Shown piece after piece: positions 39,395-51,790 of a stretch of DNA of 64,000 nt (position 1 is the first letter of the stretch; every line of letters starts with the position of its first letter). This stretch comes from Cetorhinus maximus (taxonomy: Eukaryota): positions 21,266,001 to 21,330,000 of the forward strand of contig NC_135907.1 in assembly GCF_964194155.1 (NCBI RefSeq), in the 5' to 3' direction. Made by a program: the position numbers and the translations under genes. Below the pieces are notes generated by a model. It searched no databases, had not been told where the DNA came from, and saw only the letters and a program-made list of their open reading frames with translations.

Positions 39395-40265
39395 GATTGC
39401 ACAATTTTTCAGCACCATTCGCGACTCCTCAGATATTGAGGCAGTCCATGTCCAAATGCAGCAAGACCTGGACAATATTCAGGCTTGGGCTGACAAGTGG
39501 CAAGTAACATTCGTGCCACACAAGTGTCAGGCAATGACCATCTCCAAAAAGAGAGAATCCAACCATCGCCCCTTGATGTGCAGTGGCATTACCGTCACTG
39601 AATCCCCCACTATCAACATCCTCAGGGTTACCATTGACCAGAAACTGAACTGGACTAGCCATATAAATACTGTGGCTACAAGAGCAGGTCAGAGGCTGGG
39701 AATCGTGCAACGAGTAACTCACCTCCTGACTCCCCAAAGCCTGTCCACCACCTACAAGGCACAAGTCAGGAGTGTGATGTAATACCCTTCACTTGCCTGG
39801 ATGAGCACAGCTCCTACAACACTGAAGAAGCTGGACACCGTCCAGGAGAAAGCAGCTCCGCCTGATTGGCACCACATCCACAAACATTCACTTCCTCCAC
39901 CACCGACACACAGTAGCAGCAGTGTGCACCATCTACAAGATGCACTGTAGGAATTCACCAAGGCTCCTTAAGACAGCACCTTCCAAACCCATGACTGCTA
40001 CCATCTAGAAGGACAAGGGCAGCAGATAGATGGGAGCACCACCACCTGGAAGTTCCCCTCCAAATCATTCACCATCCTGACTTGGAAATATATCGCCATT
40101 CCTTCACTGTCGCTGAGTCAAAATCCTGGAACTCCCTCCCTAATAGCACTGTGGGTGTACCCACACCACATGGACTGCAGTGGTTCAAGAGGGCAGCTCA
40201 CCGCCACCTTCTCAAGGGCAACTAGGGATGGGCAATAAATGCTGGCCCATATCCCATGAATGAAT
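39395..40265 (+). mobile_element. CR1/L2-clade LINE 3' fragment (second LINE family)
   Basis: ORF QQDLDNIQAWADKWQVTF...YKAQVRSVM; tail cccatgaatgaatg. Confidence 0.85.
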
Positions 40266-40371
40266 GAAAACAAAAGGAAGTGTGAGGTTATGTTCGTGTC
40301 GGAATGGTGTGCACCTTGGAGGTGAGGGTGTTCTGAAATCTGCCATTATGCATTGTTCTTTTCTGCTTCAG

Positions 40372-40518
40372 TCCTACTACTTTGACCGGGATGATGTTGC
40401 TTTGAAAAACTTTGCAAAGTTTTACTTGGAGCAGTCGCTTGAGGAACAGGAACATGCTGCAAAGCTGATGAAGTTTCAGAACCAGCGTGGAGGCCGCATC
40501 ATCCTGAAGGACATCAAG
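40372..40518 (+). CDS. Ferritin locus D, exon 2 ([49 protein letters not shown])
   Basis: 147 nt, cttcag acceptor, gttagt donor; E61/E62/H65 equivalents intact. Confidence 0.95.
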
Positions 40519-40627
40519 GTTAGTGGGAGGGCGATCTCTCCGTCCTCTTCTTCCCCTTCCCACCCACTTCTCCCCAGTGTTAAGAAATTTCCATCAACTC
40601 CAATGAGCCAGTTGTCTTTATTCCTAG

Positions 40628-40753
40628 AAACCCCACCGGGATGAATGGGGCAACGGCTTGGAGGCTATGGAGCATGCCCTGCAGCTGGAGAAAGCTGTCA
40701 ACCAACGTCTCCTGGACCTGCACAAACTGGCATCCGAACAGAACGATCCTATT
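40628..40753 (+). CDS. Ferritin locus D, exon 3 ([42 protein letters not shown])
   Basis: 126 nt, tcctag acceptor, gtgagt donor. Confidence 0.95.
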
Positions 40754-40882
40754 GTGAGTTGTGCGACCCTCACCAAATCTTGGCCACCCTGAATTGGTGT
40801 ATAAACTTATTGCCCTTCGAGCAGATATCTGCGTAGATATGATCGAAATGTTCAAAGTTATGAGATGTTTGGTTAGAGTAAA

Positions 40883-42540
40883 TAGAACCATAGAACACTA
40901 CAGCACAGAAAACAGGCCATTCGTGCCAAAATATTATTCCGCTAATCCCATTGACCTGCACCCAGTCCATAACCCTCCAGATCTCTCCCATCCATGTATC
41001 TATCCAATTTATTCTTAAAACTTAAGAGTGAGCCCGCATTTACCACGTCAGATGGCAGCTCGTTCCACACTCTCACCACTCTCTGAGTGAAGAAGTTCCC
41101 CCTAATGTTCCCCCTAAACCTTTTCCCTTTCACCCTAAAGCCATGTCCTCTCGTGTTTATATCTCCTAATCTAAGTGGAAAGAGCCTACTCGCATTTACT
41201 CTGTCTATACCCCTCATAATTTTGTAAACTTCTATCAAATCTCCCCTCATCCTTCTATGCTCCAAGGAATAAAGTCCTAACCTGTTTAATCTTTCCCTGT
41301 AACTCAACTCCTTAAGACCCAGCAACATCCTAGTAAATCTTCTCTGCACTCTTTCAATCTTACTGATATCCTTCCTGTAGTTAGGCGACCAGAACTGCAC
41401 ACAACACTCCAAAGTTGGCCTCATCAATGTTTTATACAACCTCACCATAACATCCCAACTCCTATACTCAATACTTTGATTTATGAAGGCCAGTATGCCA
41501 AAAGCTTTCTTTACAACCTTGTCTACCTGTGACGCCACTTTCAGGGAATTATGTATCTGAACTCCCAGATCCCTTTGTTCCTCCGCACTCCTCAGTGCCC
41601 TACCATTTACTGTGTATGTCCTACCTTGGTTTGTCCTTCCAAAATGCAACACCTCACACTTTTCTGCATTAAATTCCATCTGCCATTTTCTGGCCCATTT
41701 TTCCAGTTGGTCCAGATCCCTCTACAAGCTTTGAAAGCCTTCCTCGCTGTCCACAACGCCTCCAATCTTAGTGTCATCAGCAAACTTGCTGATCCAATTT
41801 ACCACATTATCATCCAAATCATTGATATAGACAACAAACAACAATGGTCCCAACACAGATCCCTGAGGCACACCACTAGTCACAGACCTCCAGTCTGAGA
41901 AGCAATCATCCACTATCACTCTCTGTCTTCTCCCACACAGCCAATTTCGAATCCAGTTTGCAACCTCTCCATGGATACCAAGTGTTTGAACCTTCTGAAC
42001 TAACCTCCCATGTGGGACCTTGTCAAAGGCCTTACTGAAGTCCATGTAGACAACATCCACAGCCTTTCCTTTCCTTCTTGGTAACCTCCTCGAAAAACTC
42101 TACAAGGTTCGTTGAACACGACCTACCACGCACAAAGCCATGCTGACTATCCTTAATCGGCCCTTGGCTGTCCAAATAATTGTATATCTGATCTCTCAGA
42201 ACACCTTCCAATAATTTACCTACTACTGACGTCAGGCTCATTGGCCTGTAATTACCTGGTTTATTTTGGACCTTTTTTTAAACAACGGAACAACATGAGC
42301 TACCCTCCAATCCTCCGGCACCTCACCCGTGGCTAAGGACATTTTAAATATTTCTGCCAGGGCCCCTCAATTTCTACACTAGTCTCCCTCAAGGTCCGAG
42401 GGAATATCATGTCAGGCCCGGAGGATTTATCTACCTTTTTCGCTGTAAGGCAGCAAGCACCTCCTCCTCTTTAATCTCTATATGTTCCATGACACTACTG
42501 CTTGTTTCCCTTCCTTCCTTATACACTATGCCAGTTTCCT
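40883..42540 (-). mobile_element. CR1 LINE ORF2 3' part (RT), nested in an older CR1 fragment
   Basis: ORFs with YMDFSKAFDKVPH, GVPQGSVLGP, KFADDTKIGG, CVQFWSP; tail agaaccatagaac on +. Confidence 0.92.
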
Positions 42541-43369
42541 GAGAAACTTTCTCCATTGGAGGGTTGGTAACCAGGTGACACAGATTTAAGATAAGTGGCC
42601 AAAGAAACAGAGGGGTAGATGAAGAATGAAAACCTTAATGCAGCAAGTTGTTGTGATTTGGAATGTGCTGCCTGACAGAGCAGTGGAAGCAGATTCAATG
42701 GTAATTTTCCAAAGGCAATTGGATAAATACTTGAAAAGAAAATGTTTGAAGAGCTTTGGGAAATGAGTAGGGGAGTGGGGTGAGTTAGTTAACTGTTTCA
42801 TAGAGCTAGCACAGGCACGATGGGCTGAAAAGCTTCCTTCTATGCTGTACAGTTTTCTGACTAAACTTAGAAGGGGAGAACTCAACAAAGAGCATGACCT
42901 TGCCTACTTTTGCTCACTGTGGGTGGGTAAAGATTATTAAAATGTTCCGTGATTCATTGATTGTTGCTGGATAAGGAAGGGTAGCACATGAAACTCGCCC
43001 ATCATTTACTTTGTAAGATGTGGACAGAAGTTCCACCCAGAAAGGGCAGAACCCCCACTTAGTTACATCCTTGCAATTATAGAAGCTGTTACCATATTAG
43101 CGACCCAGCAGTAAGCACTGAGCGGCGAATGTCATATTTCCAAACACCTTAGATTAGTTCGTACCTATCAGAAAATCCCTCTCTGGCCAATTGGATGAAT
43201 TCTCATAATTTTATAACCATTCCACAGAAAGGAACAAACCTGAAGTGTGGAAATTTGATTCTCATGTGGGCAAATACAACAGCTTTCATTTATATATAGT
43301 GCATTTTACACAACAAATGCTCCAGGGGCATTAATCTGACAAGGTTTGACACTGACCCTCATGAAGGGG

Positions 43370-43760
43370 AGATGGTGGCGTGGTGGCAATGTCACTGGGC
43401 CAGTAATCCAGAGACCCAAGCTAATTCTCTAGGGGCACCGGTTCAAATTCCACCATGGCAACTGGTGGAATTTTAAAAATGCAATTAATAATATCTCAAG
43501 TTGAAAGCTAGCCTCAGTAATGGTGACCATAAAACTATTATTAACTGTTGTAAAAATCCACCTGGTTCACTAATGCCCAGTAGGGAAGAAAGCCTGCTAT
43601 CCTTACCCGGCCTGGCCTACACGTACTCCAGATCCACAGCAATGTGGTTGACTCTTAACTGCCCTCTGAAATGGCCCAGCAAGTTACTCGTTCAAGGGTA
43701 ATTAGGGATGGGCAATAAATGCTGGCCTTGCCAGCGACACCCACATCCCATGGAAGAATA
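43370..43760 (+). mobile_element. tRNA-derived SINE
   Basis: A/B box-like head; same family as 26955 and 60670. Confidence 0.75.
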
Positions 43761-44187
43761 AATTACGTTAGATGACCAAAGCTCGATCAAAGAGGTTTTA
43801 AGGAGCATCTTAAAAGAGGAGAGGTTTAGGGAGGGAATTGGTCTTAGGGCCTAAGCAGCTGAAGGGTTACCAGTGTTGGAGTGATAAAATCAGGGCTGCA
43901 AGAAACCAGAACTGGAGGAGAGCAAAGATCTCCAAGGGTCTTTTGTTTTGGGAGATTCAGAGTCAGGATCTGGTAATAAAGAACTATCTAACCGGTTGTG
44001 AACAATTTCTTGAAATGTGTTTCACTAATCAACTGGATAATGCGAATGAATTGAGGTTGGTTATTCTAAATCCATCGTGAGGGTCTGGTAGTAGTAGTTT
44101 TAGACCTAAAACGGGAGTGTCCCCTGTTGGTGAAGTAAGTTACAATATGGAGAGACTCTTCAACACTGCATTTTCTTCCTGTTTTAG

Positions 44188-44343
44188 CTGTGCGAATTCC
44201 TGGAGTCAAACTACTTGAATGAGCAAATTGAGGCCATTAAGAAGCTTGGAGATCATATTACCAACTTGAAGCGATTGGGTGCTCCTGAGAATGGCATGGG
44301 AGAATACCTGTTCGACAAGCACACCCTGGGGGAGAGCAGTTAA
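44188..44343 (+). CDS. Ferritin locus D, exon 4 ([51 protein letters not shown])
   Basis: ttttag acceptor, 156 nt, TAA at 44341-44343; AATAAA at 44625-44630. Confidence 0.95.
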   Translation: MCEFLESNYLNEQIEAIKKLGDHITNLKRLGAPENGMGEYLFDKHTLGESS

Positions 44344-44754
44344 TGATGGGTTACATTTGGCCAACTTGGCTCATTAGGGTACGGCTTGCATCTGTTAAGT
44401 CTGCCTTTCCTCATTTTCCACAAACTCATCATCCTGACTGGCCAGAAAGGGTTCCATTGTTCAACGGGGCTGTAAACCTTGCTGTCCCATGTGTTAAGTT
44501 ATAGCACCGTTATTACCAAAATGGTTGTGGTAAATGCAGTGTGGCATTAAAGTGAATCCCTTGTGGTGACAATAACCCATTGGACAAGCTCTCTGGAAAG
44601 AACACACTTTGCAATCTGTTCCCAAATAAAAGCTGTTAAACCTTTACCGTTTTGCCTCTCAATGCTTCTTGGATCCACAAGGAAGACTAGGGCCCCTTTT
44701 CACACAGAGAATGTTGCACCAACCGTGCATATGGATGAACTCCTAAAGGTGCTT

Positions 44755-44912
44755 CAAGTCCATATGACTCTTCTTCAAAGCTTTAGCTCTGAAGTCATAC
44801 AGACTCAAAATGTTAACCTGTTTCTCTCCACAGATTCTGCCAGACTGCTGAGTTTTACCAGCTTTTTCTGTTTTTATTTCAGATTTCCAGCATCCGTGTT
44901 ATTTTGCTTTTA
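44755..44912 (+). mobile_element. Short Penelope-end insertion (degraded hammerhead unit)
   Basis: Family 1 end sequence flanked by the 14-bp duplication tcctaaaggtgctt at 44741-44754 and 44913-44926. Confidence 0.75.
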
Positions 44913-45904
44913 TCCTAAAGGTGCTTGGCTGGGTAGCTAGTTGTCCCCCAGTAATTTGCCGAAATGACCAGCCTTCTTGGCGATCCCTCTTGCCTTTTCC
45001 TGCCTGTCATTTTTTAATATAGTGATCAAGCACAGGAATGCCAGCTTTTTCTGAACCTATTTCACATAAACCTCACGAGTACTGGGCCCACTTTGTGCTC
45101 TATTGATGCACTTGGGACAATTTAATTGGCCAAGGCTGAAATTGAACTGGAAACCTTTCTGATCTATATGGCTCTGCCTCATACCTAACAATGCACTTGG
45201 GAACTCTGCGAGGATGCTTAAAGGAACAAGATGTCTGCAATGACAACTCAAAGACATTTATATAGGAGCGTTTCACAGCTACTTAAGTACTTTAGAATCG
45301 ATGTGACACTTTTGTAGGCAAATAGTGAAGCCAGCTTGTACACAGCAACAAGATAAATAACCAGATGATTGAGGGATGAATATCGGCCAAGACACCAGGA
45401 GAAATCCACCACCCTTCTCCCAATACCATGGGATCTTTGATGCCCACCTGAGAGATTTAACATCTCATCCAAAACACAGCAGCTTGGACAGTACAGCACT
45501 CCCTCAATACTGCACTGGGAGTGCCAGACAGGAGTTGTATTCAAGTCTCAAGTGGGGCTCGAGCCAACAGGTGGTGGAGGTCATAGGAAAGCAACAGGAT
45601 ATCAATATTGAAAAAAGATACAAGTCACTCAGAAGCAATTGGGTACTGTTAACAATGCTTTCCAAAAGTTTAGGTTTTAACTGTCTGTTCATTGATAAAG
45701 GTTTGAGCAGTACCTCCAGACATGAATGAGGTTTGCAATAGGCTTCCTGCAGTGTTACTTTGTCAAAATGTAAAATTACATTTGATTAGTAACCAACCCT
45801 AAAACACCATCTTTTAACAAGCAGTCTCAATATTCATTTACATGAATACATTAACTTTGAGGACTACTGGAGGGGGCGGGGGGGGGGGAGGGGAAGAGAA
45901 AGAA

Positions 45905-46285
45905 AGACAGTGGTGGTGTGATGTCACTCGACTAGTAATCCAGAGCCCAAGGCTAAAGCTCAGGGGAAACACTGGTTTAAATCCCACCACAGCTGCTGGT
46001 AAAATTTAAATTCAATTAGCTCTGGAATATATAAAGCTAGTCTCTGTAATGGTGACCATGACAATTATCATTAGTAAACCAGGATGGTTTTTAAACAATT
46101 AATAACCTTTAGGGAAGGAAATCTGCCATCAACTTGGTCTGTCCTACATGTGACTCCAGATCTCAGCAATGTGGTTGACTCTTCACTGACCTCTGAAATG
46201 GCTTAGCAAGCTACTCAGTACAAGGGCAATTAGGAATGGGCAAAAATGCTGGTCTAACCAGTGACACCCATGTCCCACGAAAGAA
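45905..46285 (+). mobile_element. tRNA-derived SINE
   Basis: Same family head, body and tail as 26955 and 43370. Confidence 0.7.
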
Positions 46286-46911
46286 AAAAAAAAATGGCAA
46301 GACAACTTGTGCATTTGTTTGTTTTTGGAATGGCGCTAAACAGAATTGCCTCCTTCTAGGGAAGAGTAACCAACCCACGATTTTATTTTAACAGGACTAG
46401 AGGGCGATGGACTAGCTGCACATAGAAGGGAGATTCGTTGTTGTCCCCTAGTTTGAGAAAGGTTTCCACCCATTAGTGCATGTAGTTAAGGGTGTCACCA
46501 TATAGTCACACCCATCTGCATTCAAGAATTTAGTCTGGGGTTATGAGATTAAGGTTTGAAGAATTCCTCCCCTACAATGTTCACTAGACCAAAGGAAGTG
46601 CATGATGTGTTAAATAAAGAACAACAACTTTAACACTTGACAACTTTTATTTACTTAAACCCAATTGTGCCACATTTTTAAACAATTTGGCAGTTTGATA
46701 AAAGATTACTACAAACTTCGGAACAGTGATCTTATCCTTTCCATTTGCAAACTTATTTCACAACCCAAGTTAATACCCCACTTAAAAGATATCAAAAACT
46801 GACTCAAATTCAAAAAAAAGGGTAAACATTGCCCAACAAGTGAAAAAACATCAATAGTAGAGACGATGATGGAAATGTAGGCACACTGTTGATTTCCATG
46901 TCTGATGGGTT

Positions 46912-47067
46912 TTAGCTGCTCTCTTCCAGGGTATGCTTGTCAAAGAGATATTCAGCCATGCCATTCTGGGGTGCCCCCAAGCGTACCAGGTTGGTGATGA
47001 AATCCCCAAGCTTTTTGATAGCCTGGACCTGCTCATCCAAGTAGTGAGTCTCCAGGAAGTCACACAT
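46912..47067 (-). CDS. Ferritin locus E, exon 4 ([51 protein letters not shown])
   Basis: tcctag acceptor, 156 nt, TAA at 46912-46914; AATAAA (-) at 46646-46651. Confidence 0.96.
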   Translation of the reverse strand: MCDFLETHYLDEQVQAIKKLGDFITNLVRLGAPQNGMAEYLFDKHTLEESS

Positions 47068-47497
47068 CTAGGATAGAAAAAAAAAGGTCATCGTTAATAT
47101 TCACGACTTTTAAACGAAAAATGAACCTAACACTGAAGTGCTTATTATTTGGACGGTGGTGGAGTATTTTAAATCAGTTCTTCTTTGGCTGTTTTAAATT
47201 AAGACAATAGTTCTCCTCAAGGAGGATTTAGGTAGTCAATTATGCTGACAAATGGAGAAATGTGAAATTTTATTCCACTCAAATTCAGCATCCACCACTT
47301 GCCAAAAGAAAAAATCTTCTGTTCGAGGTAAGCCAGTAAATACTAACATTTTACAGTCCAAAAACGACGGTGCTTCCCAGACTAAAAGTCTACAATCGAC
47401 AGAGCCTCAGCCTTCCTTGGTGGGAGGGATCGTTTAAAAAAGCAAGACAGAAACCGGCCTTGGGCAGAACAAAGAGAATCAAGAGGTTGATACGTAC

Positions 47498-47623
47498 GTG
47501 AGGGTCGACCTTGTCAGAAGCCAGTTTGTGGAGTTCGAGGAGGGACTGATTCACAGTCCTCTCCAGGTGCAGGGCGCACCTCATCGCTTCCAGACCATTG
47601 CTCCACTCATCCCGGTCAGGTTT
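47498..47623 (-). CDS. Ferritin locus E, exon 3 ([42 protein letters not shown])
   Basis: 126 nt, ccctag acceptor, gtacgt donor. Confidence 0.96.
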
Positions 47624-47743
47624 CTAGGGAGGGGGTGGAGGGGGAAAGAAAAAGATTAGGTCACAAATTAAAACACAAACCCCTAACAACAGGAAAAAGG
47701 TCAGGGTGATGTATTGTGGTTGGGAAGCCAGCCTTGTACTAAC

Positions 47744-47890
47744 CGACACGTCCTGCAGAATGACACGGCCCCCACGCTGGTTTTGGAATTTCATCAGCTT
47801 TTCCGCATGTTCCCGTTCCTCGTGGGACTGTTCCTTGAAAAACTTGGCGAAATTCTTCAGGGCAACGTCATCCCGGTCAAAGAAGGCATA
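47744..47890 (-). CDS. Ferritin locus E, exon 2 ([49 protein letters not shown])
   Basis: 147 nt, (CT)n tract plus cag acceptor, gttagt donor. Confidence 0.96.
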
Positions 47891-47962
47891 CTGGGGAAAG
47901 AGAGAGAGAGAGAGAGATAGAGATAGATAAAGTGAATCTGGAACTAAGCACAAGAAAACATA

Positions 47963-48058
47963 AACAACTCCCCCCCTTTTATACAACCTCGAGATTCCTC
48001 CCCCCCTTTTATACAACCTCGAGATTCCTCCCCCCACTTTTATCCAACCTCGAGATTC
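47963..48058. repeat. ~30-nt tandem repeat x3 in locus E intron 1
   Basis: Unit ccccccttttatacaacctcgagattcctc. Confidence 0.85.
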
Positions 48059-48455
48059 TGCTATGAAAAGCAAGGCTGCTGGAAATTAAACCATTGCAGT
48101 TACAACTGGTGGGAACCGCAGAACAAAAAAGAAATGATCCGCTCACCAGCTAACTGATCATTAACAGGGTTTTACAATATATAAAAAAAAACAAGCCAAG
48201 CGTTTTAAAGCTGAGATACAGCTTCCCCTTGTTGCACTCCAGCATTACACAGGCTGGTGTTGAACGGGCGGGGGGAAGGAAGTGAAATATCACGACAACA
48301 AAAAAGGTCACAACTCAACCCAACCCAACTCAACTCAACAGGGTTTCTTGCAAGATGGGGTTTAACCTAGAGAATGACCACCCCCCCCACCCAAAAACCA
48401 TCCCCCTGGGATTGCACCCCCCCAGAAACGCTTGTATTAGTTTGCTTCGCCTTAC

Positions 48456-48557
48456 CATGGACATGTAGACATAAGAAGCGTATAGCTCCATGTTAATCTG
48501 GCGGTTGATCGCCGCTTCGCAATCCTGGTGGTAATTCTGGCGGATTTGAGAAGTCAT
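48456..48557 (-). CDS. Ferritin locus E, exon 1 ([34 protein letters not shown]); canonical 176-aa middle/heavy-type ferritin
   Basis: aagATG start, 102 nt, gtaagg donor; all ferroxidase ligands present across the exons. Confidence 0.96.
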
Positions 48558-48717
48558 CTTGATCTGCAGCGATTGTCCAAAAAATAAGCAACAAAAAAAA
48601 AAGTTGGGGGGGGAAGAGAAGAAGAAAAGTTGGGCAAGTTGACAAAATAAAGTGTTAAAATGGCTTTTTTTTTTAAAATAGGAGGGGGGGGGATTTAAAA
48701 ATACGAAGTTTGGGTTC

Positions 48718-48749
48718 TATTCCGTTCAAACACTGTTGAAGCAAGAATA
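48718..48749 (-). promoter_or_regulatory. Iron-responsive element (IRE) in the 5' UTR of locus E
   Basis: UAUUCU-UGC-UUCAA-CAGUGU-UUGAA-C-GGAAUA: ferritin-type UGC/C bulge, 5-bp upper stem, CAGUGU loop. Confidence 0.96.
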
Positions 48750-48787
48750 CAACCCGGATTCTGTGCTACTGTCCAGCCAGCGCCTGG

Positions 48788-48847
48788 TATTTATCGAGCG
48801 AGTCGCCGCCCACAAGCTTGTTACCGCCTCCCTGAGATGATTCAGCA
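48788..48847 (-). promoter_or_regulatory. Locus E core promoter: TATA-like GATAAATA and ARE-like ATGATTCAGCA
   Basis: GATAAATA (-) at 48788-48795, ~40 nt upstream of the IRE; RTGAYnnnGCA match at 48837-48847 on +. Confidence 0.6.
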
Positions 48848-49029
48848 CAAAACTGGTTAACTCTTGGAGTGCTGGGCTTGTGACTCGCTGCCTTTTCCCG
48901 GACGAACCCACTGAGTGGGGTCAGGGATGAGTTTCTTACACAACGTCAGCTTGTTGGCATTGCGCCTTTTGTAAGAGGGGGAGCCCACTGATCGCCAGCC
49001 AATTGGTTTTATTGGCAGTTAAGAGATGT

Positions 49030-49440
49030 TGCCCCGATGCCCATCAAGACAACGGTGTCCCCACCGCCGACGCACAGCGGTGTGTACACTTGTGTGTACA
49101 AGGTGCACTGCAACAACTCCCCACAAACCTCCTTCGACCGCACCTTCCAAACCCATGACCGCTACCACCTAGAAGGACAAGGGCAGCAGACACATGGGAA
49201 CACCACCACCTGCAAGTTCCCCCCCAAGCCACTCACCATCCTGACTTGGAACTATATCGCCGTCTTTTCACTGTCAACTGGGTCAAAATCTTGGAGCCCC
49301 CCCCTTCCTAACAGCGCTGTGGGTGTACCTACACCACATGGACTGCAGCAGTTCAAGAAGGCGGCTCACCCACCACCTTCTCAAGTTGGGCAATAAATGC
49401 TGGCCCACCTAGAAATCCTCACATCCCAACAAGGAATTTA
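49030..49440 (+). mobile_element. CR1/L2-clade LINE 3' end
   Basis: Matches 39900-40265. Confidence 0.75.
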
Positions 49441-51344
49441 AAAAAAACAATCACTGGTGCCAGTGCAAAGTGTTATCCTTGTGTTAGCCTGACTCACTTT
49501 CACCTCTGAGTATGTTCAAGTCCCACTCGAAGATTTCAGTGAATGGAAATGATTTTAAATGTGTACCCAAAAAAGGGGGTTGAAATTTCTTTTATATTAT
49601 TCATTCGTGGGATGTGAGCATCACTGGCTAGGCCAGCATTTATTGCCTATGTTCAGAGGGCATTTTTAAGATTGCTGTGTGTCTGGAGTCACATGTAGGC
49701 CAGACCAGGTAAGGACGGCAGATTTCCTTCCCTAAAGGACATTAGTGAACCAGATGGGGTTTTATGACAATCATTTCATGGTCATCATTAGACATTTAAT
49801 TCCAGATATGAATTCAAATTCCACCATCTGTTGTGGTGGGATTCAAGCCCAGGACCCCAGAGTATTACAGTCCAGAGACAATACCACTACGCCACTGCCT
49901 CCCCCAACACGTCTTCTGCTCTGACCCGAGACATTTACAGAATACAGTCGGCAAGCCGCCCAGTGCTCAGAGAACGCTAGAGGCCACCTGAACCAGGCAG
50001 TGAGGTGTTGAATATCCAGTGACTCAATGAGTAAGCGGAGCTTGGAATCAGCATTAACAGGTGGGCGGGGGTAAAGGGGGGTGGGGGGCAGGACTAGCTT
50101 AAAAATGGCCACAGTATATTTGTGGGGCAGGGAAGAGTGGTTCTGGTTTGGCTACTCACCCCACCCCCCCAGTGCAGTACCCATCTGTACCTGAAACTTG
50201 CAAAAGCCCGTCCTGTAAACTGCCGACACACCCTCTTTGCCTGGCATAGGACCCATTTTCACTTCATTCATTTCTTTATTTAAAATCAGCTTCCAGCGTG
50301 GCCAGGGACCGAGTTGAGGTCAGCTTTACAATCAGTCATTTTTCCAAGCAAAATATAAAAGCACAAAAACTATAGAAAAGGAGCAGTAAATTAACGTATA
50401 GGTCGGTCAGCAGTCATTAGAGTTCATTCATTTTGTCCATGAGCTATGACATTGGACTATTCTTAAATTTTGTCATTTTACATCTTAACTCAGTTATTGT
50501 TTTGACTTCTGCAGATGGTAACCAGTATGAGATTTGTCAGTGGATAACAAGTTGTTGATGGGGAGGTCTTGTGGTGCAGTGGGTAGCAGCCCTGCCTGTG
50601 AGCAAGGAAGCTCCAGGTTTGAGCCCCACTCCAGGACTTGATGGTCAAGGAAGGTGTGTACATAATGCAGCCAAACAGGTTTGACTAACAACCTGCAACA
50701 CGTGCCAATGGCAGGTGGTAAGAGCGGGAGAGATTCATGGTCAGCCATGTGATGGGAAGAATGTTGGCGCCTCTACCATCACTGTCCATGGCTCCAGGCT
50801 ACAACATAAGAGTTTATTTTGCCACAGCAACCTGGACTCCTTGAGTGATCTGTAATGCACCAAGTAGTGAAGTTTGGAGTTCAGCAGCAATTCTGCGAAA
50901 GAACAGCAGAGTTGATCATGTCTGCCCTCGAGTGATGCTAGACTGCACTTATGTAAAGCATCTGAATAGCTCTGGTAATCAGGGCAAGAATGACTAGGCC
51001 CTTTCCTGAACATGCGGCAAGTAGCCTCACATTCAGTTGGGGTAGATAAATTGCTGATTGCCCATTTATAGCACCACATTAAGCCTCCAAAGGGGACTAA
51101 CCCTTTCCTTTCCATGTTCAACTGCCTTCTAAACAGAGCAGGTAGCAAATTTGGTTAACGTTTTGAGTCCGTATGACCCTTCTACAGAAGGGTCAAACGG
51201 ACTCGAAACATTAACTCTGTTTCTCTCTCCGCAGATACTGCCAGACCTGCCGAGCTTTTCCAGCATTTTCTGTTGTTGTTTCAAATATAGGGCAATGTCA
51301 GCCAACTACCATAAAGTGTGATGGTCAGGCCACTTACTATTTGT

Positions 51345-51790
51345 GTTGGCTTTGGCTCAAAAGTGTGTGTCACTTTCGCCTATGAGCTACAGGTCATGGG
51401 TTCAAGTTCCACACCAGAAAGTGGAGCACAAAAGTCTAGGCTGACAGTGCAGCATTTAGTGGGTGCTGCATTGCTGGAGGAGGTGTCTTTCAGATTAGAC
51501 GTTAAATCGAGGCGCGGTCCGTTTTCTTAAGTAAACAACCCCATGGCACTATTTGGAAGAAGAGCAGGGAAGGTCTCCCCCATTCCTGGCCAATATTTAC
51601 CCCTCAGTGAACATCACAAAAAACAGCATATCAGGTTATTATCACATTGTTGTTTGTGGGAGCTTGCTGTGCGCAGTTTGGCTGCCACGTGTCTTACATT
51701 CATAATTGCACGTCAAAAGTGATCATTGGCTGTAAAACACATGGGGACATCCTGAGGTTGTGAGAGGTACTTTTTAAATGTAAGTCACTC
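51345..51790 (+). mobile_element. DeuSINE-like SINE (other copies near 38890-39260, 45250-45565, 52335-52640 and 61980-62315)
   Basis: tRNA-like head (tggctcaa...ggttcaagttcc) and central block ccatggcactatttggaagaagagcaggg...cctggccaatattta recurring in the window. The family name is from recollection of Deu-domain SINEs. Confidence 0.55.

Noticed and set aside
46866-46900. Possible 3' UTR IRE in locus E (AUGGAAAUCAACAGUGUGCCUACAUUUCCAU)
   Set aside because: It has CAGUGU inside an 8-bp hairpin, but the five bases flanking the loop do not pair and there is no correct C bulge.
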